From Thermodesulfovibrionia bacterium (GTDB lineage Bacteria > Nitrospirota > Thermodesulfovibrionia > UBA6902 > BMS3Bbin08), in assembly GCA_030694425.1 (NCBI GenBank), contig JAUXYI010000011.1, positions 14,301-78,300 on the forward strand: a stretch of DNA of 64,000 bases. Reading direction: 5' to 3'. The position numbers and the translations under genes are program-made. The notes under the pieces are model-generated. The model was not told where the DNA came from and did not search any database. It was given only the letters and a program-made list of their open reading frames with translations. This document shows positions 9,958 through 19,424 of the stretch, piece after piece. The stretch's first letter is position 1. Every line of letters starts with the position of its first letter.

Positions 9958-10236
9958 CTATCCAAATATATTATAGTCGTAAATTTGATTGTGGTGGCCT
10001 ATAAAGCGGAATTCAACCGAATTCTTATCTGTGAACTTGAATACAATTCTGTAGTGAATGTCGATTCTAAAGCTCCAGACATCATGTCCTTTTGGATGGA
10101 GTTTTTCTGTTCTGAGTATGGGATTGAAAGGGTTTCCCCTGAAAAGCTTCGTTTTCTCATCTGCTTTGCTTTGGATTTTTTTAGGAAGGTTAAGGAAAAG
10201 TTCATCAAATGTGGCAGTGGTATAGATTTCTATCAT
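9958..10236 (-). CDS. RelE/ParE-family toxin
   Basis: 92 aa; ...LRTEKLHPKGHDVWSFRIDIHYRIVFKFTDKNSVEFRFIGHHNQIY typical RelE/ParE C-terminal core. Confidence 0.7.
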   Translation of the reverse strand: MIEIYTTATFDELFLNLPKKIQSKADEKTKLFRGNPFNPILRTEKLHPKGHDVWSFRIDIHYRIVFKFTDKNSVEFRFIGHHNQIYDYNIFG

Positions 10237-10241
10237 GTCTT

Positions 10242-10442
10242 TTAAGTAATCTCGATAAGGGATTGCCTCTTGGTTATGCGTCCTGCCTTGTGGTCTGCCT
10301 CGGATTTTTTAAGAGCTTCAATGAATTCTTTTCTGTAAAGACCAATGGCATTACAGAATGCCTCGTAATTGTCTTTTGTAATCTCAAGCTTGATCTTGTC
10401 TTTGCTTACTCTCTTTAAATCTGCTGACAGCGTTTTCTGCAT
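10242..10442 (-). CDS. Antitoxin partner of RelE/ParE (addiction module component)
   Basis: 66 aa from MQKTLSADLKRV... (ORF track extends to 10469); 5-nt gap to the toxin gene. Confidence 0.5.
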   Translation of the reverse strand: MQKTLSADLKRVSKDKIKLEITKDNYEAFCNAIGLYRKEFIEALKKSEADHKAGRITKRQSLIEIT

Positions 10443-10684
10443 ATTCTCACCTCCAAGTCTATTATACAATTTTTTGACTGTTTGGCAACGCTCTGCTGAT
10501 TTTCAGGAGAGGGATAGGGATAGGGTGAGGGGTATTTTCTGGGCAATGACATTTATGTGGTTTTACTTATAACCGTATTTGGTAATTGCGAAATAAGATT
10601 TATTTAAGCCAGCAAAAAGGGAGAGCTGCAAGCCCTCCCTAATACCAAATGTTTTTTCAATTCAATGTTTCAGTTAATTCCTTT

Positions 10685-11668
10685 TCATCTCAGCCGCTTC
10701 CTCAAAGCAATTACTCCTGCTAACCCAGAGCCAAGAAGAATCAGGGTAGATGGTTCAGGGACAGGAGTTGCGAGGAAGCCAGCCCAGTCATAGTCATCGT
10801 ATCCCACAATCTGTCCTGAATTATTAGTGCCAAGGGCATAGAGTGGACGATCACGCCATGATGTATAATCAATTACATGATACTCATTCCCATCATACAA
10901 AAAAGCATAGGTTCCCCAATTACTTCCGTTATATCCCTCATAATATCCAACAATATCACCCGAGTCGCTTATATCAGATGCGACAGTAGCGAAGGCTCCA
11001 TGATAGTCTATAGTTATCCAGTTGCTGCCATCATACATAAATCCATAGGCTCCTGCATTATTTGTATATGATCCAACGATATTATTTAAGTTGTTTATAC
11101 CAAGGGCAGATGTGGAATTTGCCCCCGGATAATCTATTGTTCTCCATGTAGTGCCATCATACAAAAATCCCTGAGATGGTCCCCAAAAAGGGCTATAGCT
11201 ATAGCTTCCAACAATATACCCATTGTTGTTTATTCCATTAGGGAAGGTGGCAGGGCCTCCAGGATAATCTATTGTTTCCCATGCGCTACCAGAATATAAG
11301 AACCCGCGCCGTCCTCCGGTTATATCACCATAGTATCCAACAACACTGCCTGTATCGTTTATCCCCTTTGCAATAGTTCCATATGACCCTGGATAGTTGA
11401 GTGTTATCCATGTGTTACCATCATACATAAACCCCTTGTTGCCTCCAATATGCCATGGACTTCCACTACACCACCCAGAACATAATGACGTATAAGTTCC
11501 AACAATATATCCATTGTTGTTTATATCATTAGCACTGGTAACATCAGCCTCAGAAGAAGGATAGGTTATGTTTGTAAAGTTATAACTTATTGCATGAGCA
11601 TGCGGTGCGATAGTTATCAGGAATCCATAGATAAAAATTAAAGTAATTAATCTAAGAAGTTGTTTCAT
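10685..11668 (-). CDS. Secreted HAF-type repeat protein with PEP-CTERM sorting signal
   Basis: Signal peptide; about 7 repeats of ...G(F/A)LYDG..W..IDYPG....A.GINN.G.IVGSY; C-terminus VPEPSTLILLGSGLAGVIALRKRLR. Confidence 0.75.
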   Translation of the reverse strand: MKQLLRLITLIFIYGFLITIAPHAHAISYNFTNITYPSSEADVTSANDINNNGYIVGTYTSLCSGWCSGSPWHIGGNKGFMYDGNTWITLNYPGSYGTIAKGINDTGSVVGYYGDITGGRRGFLYSGSAWETIDYPGGPATFPNGINNNGYIVGSYSYSPFWGPSQGFLYDGTTWRTIDYPGANSTSALGINNLNNIVGSYTNNAGAYGFMYDGSNWITIDYHGAFATVASDISDSGDIVGYYEGYNGSNWGTYAFLYDGNEYHVIDYTSWRDRPLYALGTNNSGQIVGYDDYDWAGFLATPVPEPSTLILLGSGLAGVIALRKRLR

Positions 11669-11837
11669 GTTTTTGCTCCTTATGTTGTAAGGATGATGAC
11701 TAATATATATTTATAGCAAATTCCTTGCCAGCATTATAACATCTTGATTTTATTGAATTTATTAATTTGATATTTTTTGATATTTTAAAAAGTGTAAAGT
11801 TTTTCCTAATTTAAAAAGCTGTTAAGGTGTGTAGTAA

Positions 11838-11863
11838 TAGATAGATAGATAGATAGATAGATT
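11838..11863. repeat. (TAGA)n microsatellite, about 6.5 units
   Basis: tagatagatagatagatagatagatt. Confidence 0.9.
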
Positions 11864-12287
11864 ATTTCTTTATTAATCAAATAGTTATAAGATAACTTTG
11901 AAGTCAAAATAGGTAATTTTTTAGTTTGTCGGAAAACTTAACTGCATTCGGAAAACCTTACACTATATTTTTCACTTGCTCCAGCTTAATCTTCGGTTCA
12001 GGTTGCAAACCCGAACCCGCCGCTGAATGTCATGCTGAATTCATTTCAGCATCTAAAAAAACAACCTTGTGAACCAATACCCCGAATCAAATTCAGGGTG
12101 ATAGAAGCCTTTATTTGCCTTATAATTCTTGAAGGGTCTGTTTCCATATTCAATGCGGATTTCTGGGTTTTGTAATGGATAAACTGTTACATTGGAATGC
12201 CCGGATAAACATTTTTTTACCAATGTAATACAAACGCAATAATAATATTACAAAAAGCGAAATGAAGACAATTAAAAATCCCCCTCC

Positions 12288-12385
12288 ATCCCCCTTTTAC
12301 AAAGGGGGGAAATTTTCCCCTCTATTAAGAGGGGATAAAGGGGTGTGTTCCCCTCTTTTACAAAGAGGGGTAGGGGAGATTTAAT
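12288..12385. repeat. Cluster of C5/G5 palindromes (CCCCC-TTTTACAAAG-GGGGG family), intergenic
   Basis: cccctccatcccccttttacaaaggggggaaattttcccctctattaagaggggataaaggggtgtgttcccctcttttacaaagaggggtaggggag. Confidence 0.8.
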
Positions 12386-12993
12386 AGTCGCACTTTTGTT
12401 AAAGTGCGCCATTTATGTAAAATTACTTAATGCTTTTGTATTAGTCTTGCCTGTTTGCCGCGGGCCAAGAATCATCGCACCTGCGTGAAAAAGTCTTTCC
12501 TGCTGCCGTTGTAAAAGTCATAGCCTGTTGCTCTGGATTTTATTAACCTGTATAATTAACACAACGACAAAAGACTCAATAAAAACTTATGACCAAGATC
12601 ACCATAAAAAATTGTACTGGTATTATCCTTGCAGATTGAGCAACGATATATCTCTGATTTTATAGAAAAAATTTGGAGAGAAAAGCCCCAAAGTGTTCGT
12701 TATCAAAAATCATACGCTCTATTTCTTGGACATTAATGAGGATATAATCTTTGATTACCATTGAGAAGATTAGAAATTTTATTTAGAATGAGAAATATGA
12801 ATTCTATACTCACGCCATTATTGAGGGCAAGAATGATAGAGTTGAAAATCCGTCTGATTATAACGGAGTTGTATCCATACCTTTTGATGATGCTGGAGGA
12901 TGGAAGCTTAAATTAGCAAAAGAATTGAGGGAGATTTTTAGCTTTATTGATTTGAATAAAATTGTCTAAAATAGATAAACAATTATCTCAATC

Positions 12994-13383
12994 ATGAATA
13001 AACAAGAAAAAGTAAATTATTGGATCAAATCAGCGGAGAATGACTGGATAGTCGCAGGTCATCTTTTTGAAAAGGGAGACTATCCATACGCTCTATTTTT
13101 CGGACATTTAACGGTTGAGAAACTTCTAAAAGCTATCTTTGTCAGCAAATTTGATGAGCCTCCGCCATTTACTCACAGGCTTACTTATTTGGCTGAAATA
13201 GCTGGAGTGGAAATATCTAATGAACAATTGGAACTATTGGAAATAATTACAGACTTTAACCTTGAAGCCAGATACCCTGATGAAAAGTTTTCTTTTTATA
13301 AAAAATGTACGAGAGAATTCACAGAAACAAATCTGAAAAAGATTGAGGAGATAAAGGAATGGCTGCTACAACTGTTACAATAG
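12994..13383 (+). CDS. HEPN-domain protein (putative toxin of HEPN/MNT module)
   Basis: 129 aa; HEPN-like helical fold; 25-nt overlap with downstream nucleotidyltransferase. Confidence 0.7.
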   Translation: MNKQEKVNYWIKSAENDWIVAGHLFEKGDYPYALFFGHLTVEKLLKAIFVSKFDEPPPFTHRLTYLAEIAGVEISNEQLELLEIITDFNLEARYPDEKFSFYKKCTREFTETNLKKIEEIKEWLLQLLQ

Positions 13384-13688
13384 ATTCAATAATAAAACTG
13401 GTTAAGAAATATATTCAGGAACTGCAGAAAAACGGAATCACGATTCAAGAGGCTATAATCTTTGGCTCATATGCTAAAGGAATTCCTAAAGAAGAAAGCG
13501 ATATTGACGTCGCTTTGGTATCACCTGCATTTAGCGGCGACAGGTTTGAGGACAGAAGAAAGATAGTTCCTCTTAGAAGAAAAATAGACAACAGGATTGA
13601 ACCGATACCATTCAGACCTGATGATTTTTCAAAAGGTGGAAATCTTGTTGACGAGATTAAAAAAACAGGCCGGAAGATAACCATTTAG
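13359..13688 (+). CDS. Minimal nucleotidyltransferase (MNT, Pol beta superfamily)
   Basis: 109 aa; GSYAKGIPKEESDIDVAL = GS...D.D motif. Confidence 0.8.
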   Translation: MAATTVTIDSIIKLVKKYIQELQKNGITIQEAIIFGSYAKGIPKEESDIDVALVSPAFSGDRFEDRRKIVPLRRKIDNRIEPIPFRPDDFSKGGNLVDEIKKTGRKITI

Positions 13689-13728
13689 AAAAGAAGAAGT
13701 AAACTGTTATACGCAAAACGATAAGATA

Positions 13729-14001
13729 ATGCATAAAGAGAAAAAAAGAATATGCCCGGAATGTAAGGGCATTGTAAAACCGGGGCATACAGAAATGGTT
13801 TACAAATTGAAAGACATAAAAATAACAGTCAGGAATGTTGCAGCTAACATTTGTAGTAAATGTGACCAATCTTTTATAACAGGGCATGTTGCTGAGGAAG
13901 TTAACCGTCTTGTGAACAGAGTCAGTGAAGATATTAATAGCTTCATTAAAACACAGCCCGAGGTTAGCAAAGGACACAAAGAAGTAGCGATAGCTGTTTA
14001 G
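13729..14001 (+). CDS. YgiT/MqsA-type zinc-ribbon protein
   Basis: 90 aa; CPEC...x34...CSKC zinc ribbon, then short helical tail. Confidence 0.45.
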   Translation: MHKEKKRICPECKGIVKPGHTEMVYKLKDIKITVRNVAANICSKCDQSFITGHVAEEVNRLVNRVSEDINSFIKTQPEVSKGHKEVAIAV

Positions 14002-14054
14002 AGTTTTTTAAAAATACGTAACATCTGCATTATCCTGATTGCATTATAGGGCTC

Positions 14055-14771
14055 ATGAACAATATTATAAAAAACTGCACAGGTGTAATTCTTGCCGGCG
14101 GCGAAAATAAACGGATGCCTGTGTTAAAGGCTTTTATCAAGATTAACGGAGAAAAGATTATTGAGCGAAATCTCAAAATCATGAGGCAGCTTTTCAAGGA
14201 GATTTTTATTGTCACCAATCAGCCGGAACTTTACCTGTATCTCAAAACACCTTTGCTCGGCGATGTTTATGATATAAGAGGACCTATGACAGGGATATTT
14301 ACCTCGCTTTTGAATTCATCAAATAACTGGGTTTTTATATCTGCATGTGATATGCCATTTATAAATGGAGAACTTATAAAATATATGGCGTCAAAAAGAG
14401 ACAATTATGATGCAGTAGCGCCAAAATATAATGAAACCCTCATGCTTCAGGATAATGAAAGCAATCCCCCTAAGTCCCCCTTTAGTAAAGGGGGATTGAG
14501 GGGGATTGTTACTAAAGGGGGGAAAGGGGGGGATTATACAGAGCCTCTTTTTGCTATTTATTCAAAGAGGCTTATGTCGTCTATGGAAAAGGCTATTCTT
14601 TCAAATAAAACAGGTATTAAAGACTTTTTAAGTGATAAAAAGGTAAAATATATTCGTACTGAGGAAATAAAAGGCATAGATGCAAAAGCAATGTCTTTTA
14701 TAAACCTGAATACTCTTAAAGACGTGGGGAGGGTTCGAGGATTCAAGTTAGAATGCAAAATTCAAAATTAA
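14055..14771 (+). CDS. mobA: MobA-like nucleotidyltransferase (molybdenum cofactor guanylyltransferase family)
   Basis: VILAGGENKRM...DIRGPMTGIFTSL...ISACDMPFI; contains in-frame C5/G5 palindrome insertion at 14465-14532. Confidence 0.7.
   Translation: MNNIIKNCTGVILAGGENKRMPVLKAFIKINGEKIIERNLKIMRQLFKEIFIVTNQPELYLYLKTPLLGDVYDIRGPMTGIFTSLLNSSNNWVFISACDMPFINGELIKYMASKRDNYDAVAPKYNETLMLQDNESNPPKSPFSKGGLRGIVTKGGKGGDYTEPLFAIYSKRLMSSMEKAILSNKTGIKDFLSDKKVKYIRTEEIKGIDAKAMSFINLNTLKDVGRVRGFKLECKIQN
14465..14532. repeat. C5/G5 palindrome cluster inserted in frame in the mobA-like gene
   Basis: ccccctaagtccccctttagtaaagggggattgagggggattgttactaaaggggggaaaggggggg encodes NPPKSPFSKGGLRGIVTKGGKGG. Confidence 0.8.
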
Positions 14772-14835
14772 GGAATTTAATTTAAAATTTTTCCATAATT
14801 TTGATTTTTGATATTTAAATTTTAATTTTTTATTT
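14757..14835. repeat. AT-rich dispersed element (AAAATTCAAAATTAAGG ... TTTTGATTTTTGAT family)
   Basis: Shares modules with 1976-2050, 25945-26070, 46335-46380, 46500-46548. Confidence 0.6.
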
Positions 14836-14870
14836 AGGTCATTGAATCCTTTACAAAAAAGGAGGGAAAA

Positions 14871-15074
14871 ATGTTTGGTCTTGGAATGACAGAACTGCTT
14901 GTAATTTTGGCAATCGTTGTAATCATTTTTGGGGCAACAAAACTGCCTCAACTGGGAAAAGGCATAGGGGAGGCTATAAGAAACTTCAAGAAAGGGGTCT
15001 CCGAACCGCCGGAAATCGATGTAACCCCTAAAAAGAACTCTATAGAAAAAGAAAATGAGGAAAAAAAGTCATAG
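14871..15074 (+). CDS. tatA: Twin-arginine translocase subunit TatA/E
   Basis: 67 aa; [42 protein letters not shown]; RBS aaggagg. Confidence 0.85.
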   Translation: MFGLGMTELLVILAIVVIIFGATKLPQLGKGIGEAIRNFKKGVSEPPEIDVTPKKNSIEKENEEKKS

Positions 15075-16169
15075 GTGGATTCTCTAAAAACCTTTGCAGA
15101 GATTGACCTCCGTGCCATTTCCCATAATCTTGAGATTGTAAAAAAGAAAACAAACAACAAATCTGTCCTTGCTGTCGTGAAGGCAGGAGCCTATGGACAC
15201 GGCGCTGTTGAAGTGTCCAGACATCTTCTAAAAAACGGAGTATCAATACTCGGTGTAGCCTTTATTGAAGAGGCAATTGAGCTTAGAGAAGCAGGGATAA
15301 GGGCGCCAATACTTGTTTTCTTTGATACAAGCAATATAGATTCATTCTTTAAATATAACCTCGTACCAACCGTACTTGATTTTAAGACCGCAAAAGCATT
15401 TTCTGACAAAGCCTCTAAATACAATCGCAAGATAGCAGTGCACATAAAAATAGACACCGGCATGGGCCGTGTTGGATTAAGGGCTGCGGATGCCTTCCCA
15501 GATGTCCTGAGAATAGCAGAATTAAAAAATCTCAAATTAGAAGGCATTATGAGCCATTTTTCAGATGCGGATTTAGCAGATAAAGACTTTACCGCTAACC
15601 AATTAAAAACTTTTATCAAACTTATTGAACTTTTAAAAGAGAAAAATGTTTATTTCAAATTTTCTCATATTGCTAACAGCGCAGCGGTGCTGCTGTTTCC
15701 ACGCTCCCATCTCAACATGGTAAGGCCAGGCATAATGCTCTATGGTTACGGAACAGCCTCAAAAAATACACTTAAACCAGTATTAAGCCTTAAAAGCAAA
15801 GTCATTTTTCTAAAAAACGTCCCTGCCAGGACCCCAATAAGTTACGGAAGGACATTTATCACAAAAAAGAAAAGCATCATAGCAACAATCCCTGTTGGCT
15901 ATGCAGACGGATATAACAGAAGACTATCAAACTGCGGTAACGTCCTTATAAATAACAGGCGTGCGCCTGTGGTTGGACGGGTTTGTATGGATACCACCAT
16001 GGTTGATGTTACAGAGGTACCGCATGTGAAAGAAAACACTGAGGTTATACTAATAGGAAGTCAGGGAAAAGAAAAAATCACTGCTCAGGATATTGCAGAC
16101 AAAATTGGCACCATACCTTATGAGGTTCTTACTTCCATAGGGCATAGAGTTAAAAGAATATACAAATAA
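15075..16169 (+). CDS. alr: Alanine racemase
   Basis: 364 aa; AVVKAGAYGHG PLP-lysine motif. Confidence 0.9.
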   Translation: MDSLKTFAEIDLRAISHNLEIVKKKTNNKSVLAVVKAGAYGHGAVEVSRHLLKNGVSILGVAFIEEAIELREAGIRAPILVFFDTSNIDSFFKYNLVPTVLDFKTAKAFSDKASKYNRKIAVHIKIDTGMGRVGLRAADAFPDVLRIAELKNLKLEGIMSHFSDADLADKDFTANQLKTFIKLIELLKEKNVYFKFSHIANSAAVLLFPRSHLNMVRPGIMLYGYGTASKNTLKPVLSLKSKVIFLKNVPARTPISYGRTFITKKKSIIATIPVGYADGYNRRLSNCGNVLINNRRAPVVGRVCMDTTMVDVTEVPHVKENTEVILIGSQGKEKITAQDIADKIGTIPYEVLTSIGHRVKRIYK

Positions 16170-16203
16170 AAGACAATTCGGCCACAGTTAACATTATCCC
16201 TGC

Positions 16204-16809
16204 CTAATTCAATAAAATGCTTCCTTCCCTTAATATTTTCGGCGGGCTGACCGTAGCATCTATAATTGTTGATGGTTTGCCTCCCGGAGTTTTTGGACCG
16301 TTAACAACTAAATCAATGTTTTCTCCAAAATAATTTATCACCTCTTCAGAATTTTGTGCAGGCGGCTTGCCTGAGATGTTTGCGCTGGTTGCAGTAATAG
16401 GGAAATCTGCTGCCTTTGCAAGACTAAGGGCAAAACTGTCTCCGGGAATTCTTACTGCTATTTTACCTTTGTCGCTTATTAGTAGCCTGGACAAATTTTC
16501 CTTTGCATCAAAAATTATTGTCAACGGACCCGGCCAGTATTTTTTCATTAATTCCTCTGCCTGCGCCGGGACAGATTTTACTATTGTATTAAGGATATCT
16601 CTGCTACCAACAATTAAAGGCATAGCCTTTTCCGCAGGTCTTTTTTTAAACTGATACAATCTTCTAAGTGCAGCTTCATCATAAGCCATAACCCCAAGGG
16701 CATAAAAACTTTCGGTAGGATAAGCAACTATGCCGCCTTTTTTGAACACCTTTAACGCCTCAATAACAATTTCTTCTACAGTGTTTTTATCTAATGACAA
16801 TTTCAACAT
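16204..16809 (-). CDS. tsaC: L-threonylcarbamoyladenylate synthase (YrdC/Sua5 family)
   Basis: 201 aa; ...VAYPTESFYALGV... YrdC fold. Confidence 0.85.
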   Translation of the reverse strand: MLKLSLDKNTVEEIVIEALKVFKKGGIVAYPTESFYALGVMAYDEAALRRLYQFKKRPAEKAMPLIVGSRDILNTIVKSVPAQAEELMKKYWPGPLTIIFDAKENLSRLLISDKGKIAVRIPGDSFALSLAKAADFPITATSANISGKPPAQNSEEVINYFGENIDLVVNGPKTPGGKPSTIIDATVSPPKILREGSILLN

Positions 16810-16971
16810 TTTTTATTCTAACATACGCCGCACATGTAATTTTTTTGACACATGTAATTTTTTCCTTGTAATTTCTTCAAATTTCTGGTATTTCTTTATA
16901 AACTTGTTTTTTAGTTGTTGAGTAATTTTTTAAAATGTTTTTCAATACTTAAAAATAACTGAAGAGGACAA

Positions 16972-17373
16972 ATGAAAGAAATTGCAAGGGTAATGGTTTT
17001 GTTGTTGTCACTGACGTTGTTATGGGGATGTGGAGCAATATTGATAGGCGGAATTGGCGCAGGATTAGGAGTCGGAGCTTACAGATATATAGAAGGCAGC
17101 GTGGCAAGGGTATATCCTCTTGCATATAATTCAGCATGGGACGTAACCAATAAGGCTCTGGCTAATCTTTACATGAGCGTATCCAACAGCATAAATGAGG
17201 GGGTCAAAGGAACAATAACAGCCGTGCAAAAGGACGGTACAAAGATAGAAATAAAATTAGAAGATAAAGGGCAGAATGTAACTGATATCAGTGTACGTAT
17301 TGGATTCTGGGGCAGCCGCAAAGATGCTGAAAGGATACACGAAGAGATTAAATCTGCAGCAGGATTAAAATAA
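16972..17373 (+). CDS. Small lipoprotein (DUF3568-like)
   Basis: 133 aa; signal peptide with lipobox LLWGCG; RBS gaagagga. Confidence 0.5.
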   Translation: MKEIARVMVLLLSLTLLWGCGAILIGGIGAGLGVGAYRYIEGSVARVYPLAYNSAWDVTNKALANLYMSVSNSINEGVKGTITAVQKDGTKIEIKLEDKGQNVTDISVRIGFWGSRKDAERIHEEIKSAAGLK

Positions 17374-18054
17374 AGCAGATATTTTTGAAAATTCCTGCCT
17401 GATTAGTTTAGATAGATAAGGGAAGCCTTTTTTCTTTAATGCCTTAAATATTTTTTCTGAGGCAAGACTTTTAAGAAACTCTTGTCTTTTTTTATTGTCT
17501 TTTATTTCTTCCAGTGCCTTTTTGCGTATAACCCTGAGAAAATTTAGATAACGAGTAAATTCGGCGCCATATAGTTTTTCAAGTTCCTTCCTTATTGTTT
17601 TTGAAGTCGCAGGGCTTATTCCATCTGTAGAGATGGCAATTGTTAAAGGACCTCGTTTTACAATAGAAGGTGCAATAAAATTTCCCTCAGATGGTTTATC
17701 AATAACATTTACAAGATGTTTAGCATCCTGTGCAATTCTTTTATTTATCTCATCGGAAGAAGTGCCTGCTATGACAATAAAGGCATCTTTCAGGTCGCCG
17801 GTTTTGTAGTTTCTTTTTATGTGCGTGAGCAGTTTCCTTTTCTTTAGTTTGTCGAGAGTAGTTGTAATATCAGGGGATATTACTCTGACAACTGCGCTTG
17901 CTCTTATGAGGGTAAGCACTTTTCTTTCTGCGACTTTCCCCCCTCCGACAACAACAGCCTTTCTGCCATACAGATTAAGGAATACAGGATAATATTTGAA
18001 GCTCCCTGCAGTCCCGAAGCATCGGGAGAAATGTAAGGAATTTTTCTTTTTCAT
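17365..18054 (-). CDS. Precorrin-2 dehydrogenase / sirohydrochlorin ferrochelatase (CysG N-domain / SirC-Met8 type)
   Basis: FLNLYGRKAVVVGGGKVAERK Rossmann motif; N-terminus uncertain because the first 20 codons include a TCCCGAAGCATCGGGA palindrome module. Confidence 0.7.
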   Translation of the reverse strand: MKKKNSLHFSRCFGTAGSFKYYPVFLNLYGRKAVVVGGGKVAERKVLTLIRASAVVRVISPDITTTLDKLKKRKLLTHIKRNYKTGDLKDAFIVIAGTSSDEINKRIAQDAKHLVNVIDKPSEGNFIAPSIVKRGPLTIAISTDGISPATSKTIRKELEKLYGAEFTRYLNFLRVIRKKALEEIKDNKKRQEFLKSLASEKIFKALKKKGFPYLSKLIRQEFSKISALF

Positions 18055-18072
18055 ATTTACTGTTATGCATTT

Positions 18073-18867
18073 TCACTTCTCTTTTTTACTAAGGGAAGCA
18101 ATTGTATCTTTTGCTTCTTTTGACAGTTTAGTGGTTGGATATTTTTCAATAAGAGTTTTTAAAGCTGAGAGGGCTTTATCCCGTTCAGACATGTTTTTAT
18201 AAGAGAGCCCTAAATAATATAAAGCCTCTGGTTCTTCCTTTGAATCAGGATAATTTTGAAGGATGTTATTAAATCGCAGGACAGCCGCCCCGTATGAACC
18301 TTTGTCAAAATAAAATTTGCCCACATAAAGTTCATATTCTGCGAGAATCCTTTTGCACATCCGTATTCTGCTTTCTACAACATCCACATATGGATTTCTT
18401 GGATAAGTAATTAAGAGTTTTTCAAATTCTCTCAATGCTCTCTGCGCCGATGAATAACTTACGTCCACAGTCTTTATTCTTTTGAAATAACTCATTGCCA
18501 GCTGATACTGGGCATACGGCGCATATTTATTATGCAGGTGCATGTTAAGAAATTGCCCATATTCAATTGCTGACTCCTCATATAGTCCTTCTTCAAAGTA
18601 AGCATCACCGATGCGCAGTTGAGCCAATGGTGCATATTTTCCTGATGAATCCTGCGTTTTGATAGTTTCAAGAACACTCCTCGCCTCTTCATAAAATCCA
18701 TTTTTCATCTTGTCATCGGCTTCCTTAAAAACAGTCTCAGCCTCAAAGGATGGCGCCTTTTTAACTGCTGACTTATTTGAAGAACAGGCAAAGCAGAACA
18801 ATAAAATTATAAAAAGCAAGAAATATTTCCTGTAAATATTATCGTTTCTTTTGTATTCTGCTGTCAT
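18073..18867 (-). CDS. bamD: Outer membrane protein assembly factor BamD (TPR lipoprotein)
   Basis: 264 aa; lipobox, TPR repeats. Confidence 0.7.
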   Translation of the reverse strand: MTAEYKRNDNIYRKYFLLFIILLFCFACSSNKSAVKKAPSFEAETVFKEADDKMKNGFYEEARSVLETIKTQDSSGKYAPLAQLRIGDAYFEEGLYEESAIEYGQFLNMHLHNKYAPYAQYQLAMSYFKRIKTVDVSYSSAQRALREFEKLLITYPRNPYVDVVESRIRMCKRILAEYELYVGKFYFDKGSYGAAVLRFNNILQNYPDSKEEPEALYYLGLSYKNMSERDKALSALKTLIEKYPTTKLSKEAKDTIASLSKKEK

Positions 18868-19064
18868 TCTAATTGCCGGACATTAAAGATAAAAATTTAT
18901 TGTGTTCCTTATTATAATTCAGTAGAACAAATATTTCAGGAAAAAATTATTTTAGAAGAAATCTTACTAAAAAAACGAACTTTAAAATTTCAAGGGTTAT
19001 CTGGTATAGTATTGTATTGTAAATTTTATATTTTGTGATATTACAAAGATTTAGATAAAATTTC

Positions 19065-19140
19065 GGGCGGATAGCTCAGTTGGGAGAGCGCAGCCCTTAC
19101 AAGGCTGAGGTCACAGGTTCAATCCCTGTTCCGCCTACCA
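19065..19140 (+). tRNA. tRNA-Val (anticodon TAC)
   Basis: Cloverleaf: acceptor GGGCGGA/TCCGCCT, anticodon arm CAGCC-cuUACaa-GGCTG, T-loop GGTTCAATCC, encoded CCA. Confidence 0.9.
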
Positions 19141-19385
19141 TTAAAAATTAATGAGTTACGGCTGTTAGGCATTGTTCTTTCTCCACAAAATTTACCTGAT
19201 TGTATGCATGCGAGATACCCCTATATATGCGTTTTAATGCCTTACCTAAACTCTAATTAATAGATTATTGATTTCACCTGTTAATCTTGAGGCTAAATGA
19301 CGTATCTGAATTGTTTGTTTCACCTACGTATCAATAGCCTGAGAAGATTTAAAAGTTGATGATTACGGAATAAAACAAACAAAAG

Positions 19386-19409
19386 AGGCTTGGAATTAAC
19401 CAAGCCCCC
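19386..19409 (-). terminator. Rho-independent terminator after gene 19425-19718
   Basis: Minus strand: ggcttgg-ttaatt-ccaagcc, then TTTTGTTTGTTTTATT. Confidence 0.55.
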
Positions 19410-19424
19410 TGCAAGATTTCTTTA

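Noticed and set aside
9777-10245. Plus-strand ORFs 9777-10004 and 9985-10245
   Set aside because: They lie antisense to a clear RelE/ParE gene and a PEP-CTERM remnant. No RBS, no family resemblance.
12037-12180. 47-codon ORF in the long non-coding gap
   Set aside because: No RBS and no recognisable features. Kept only as a note under the non-coding-region finding.
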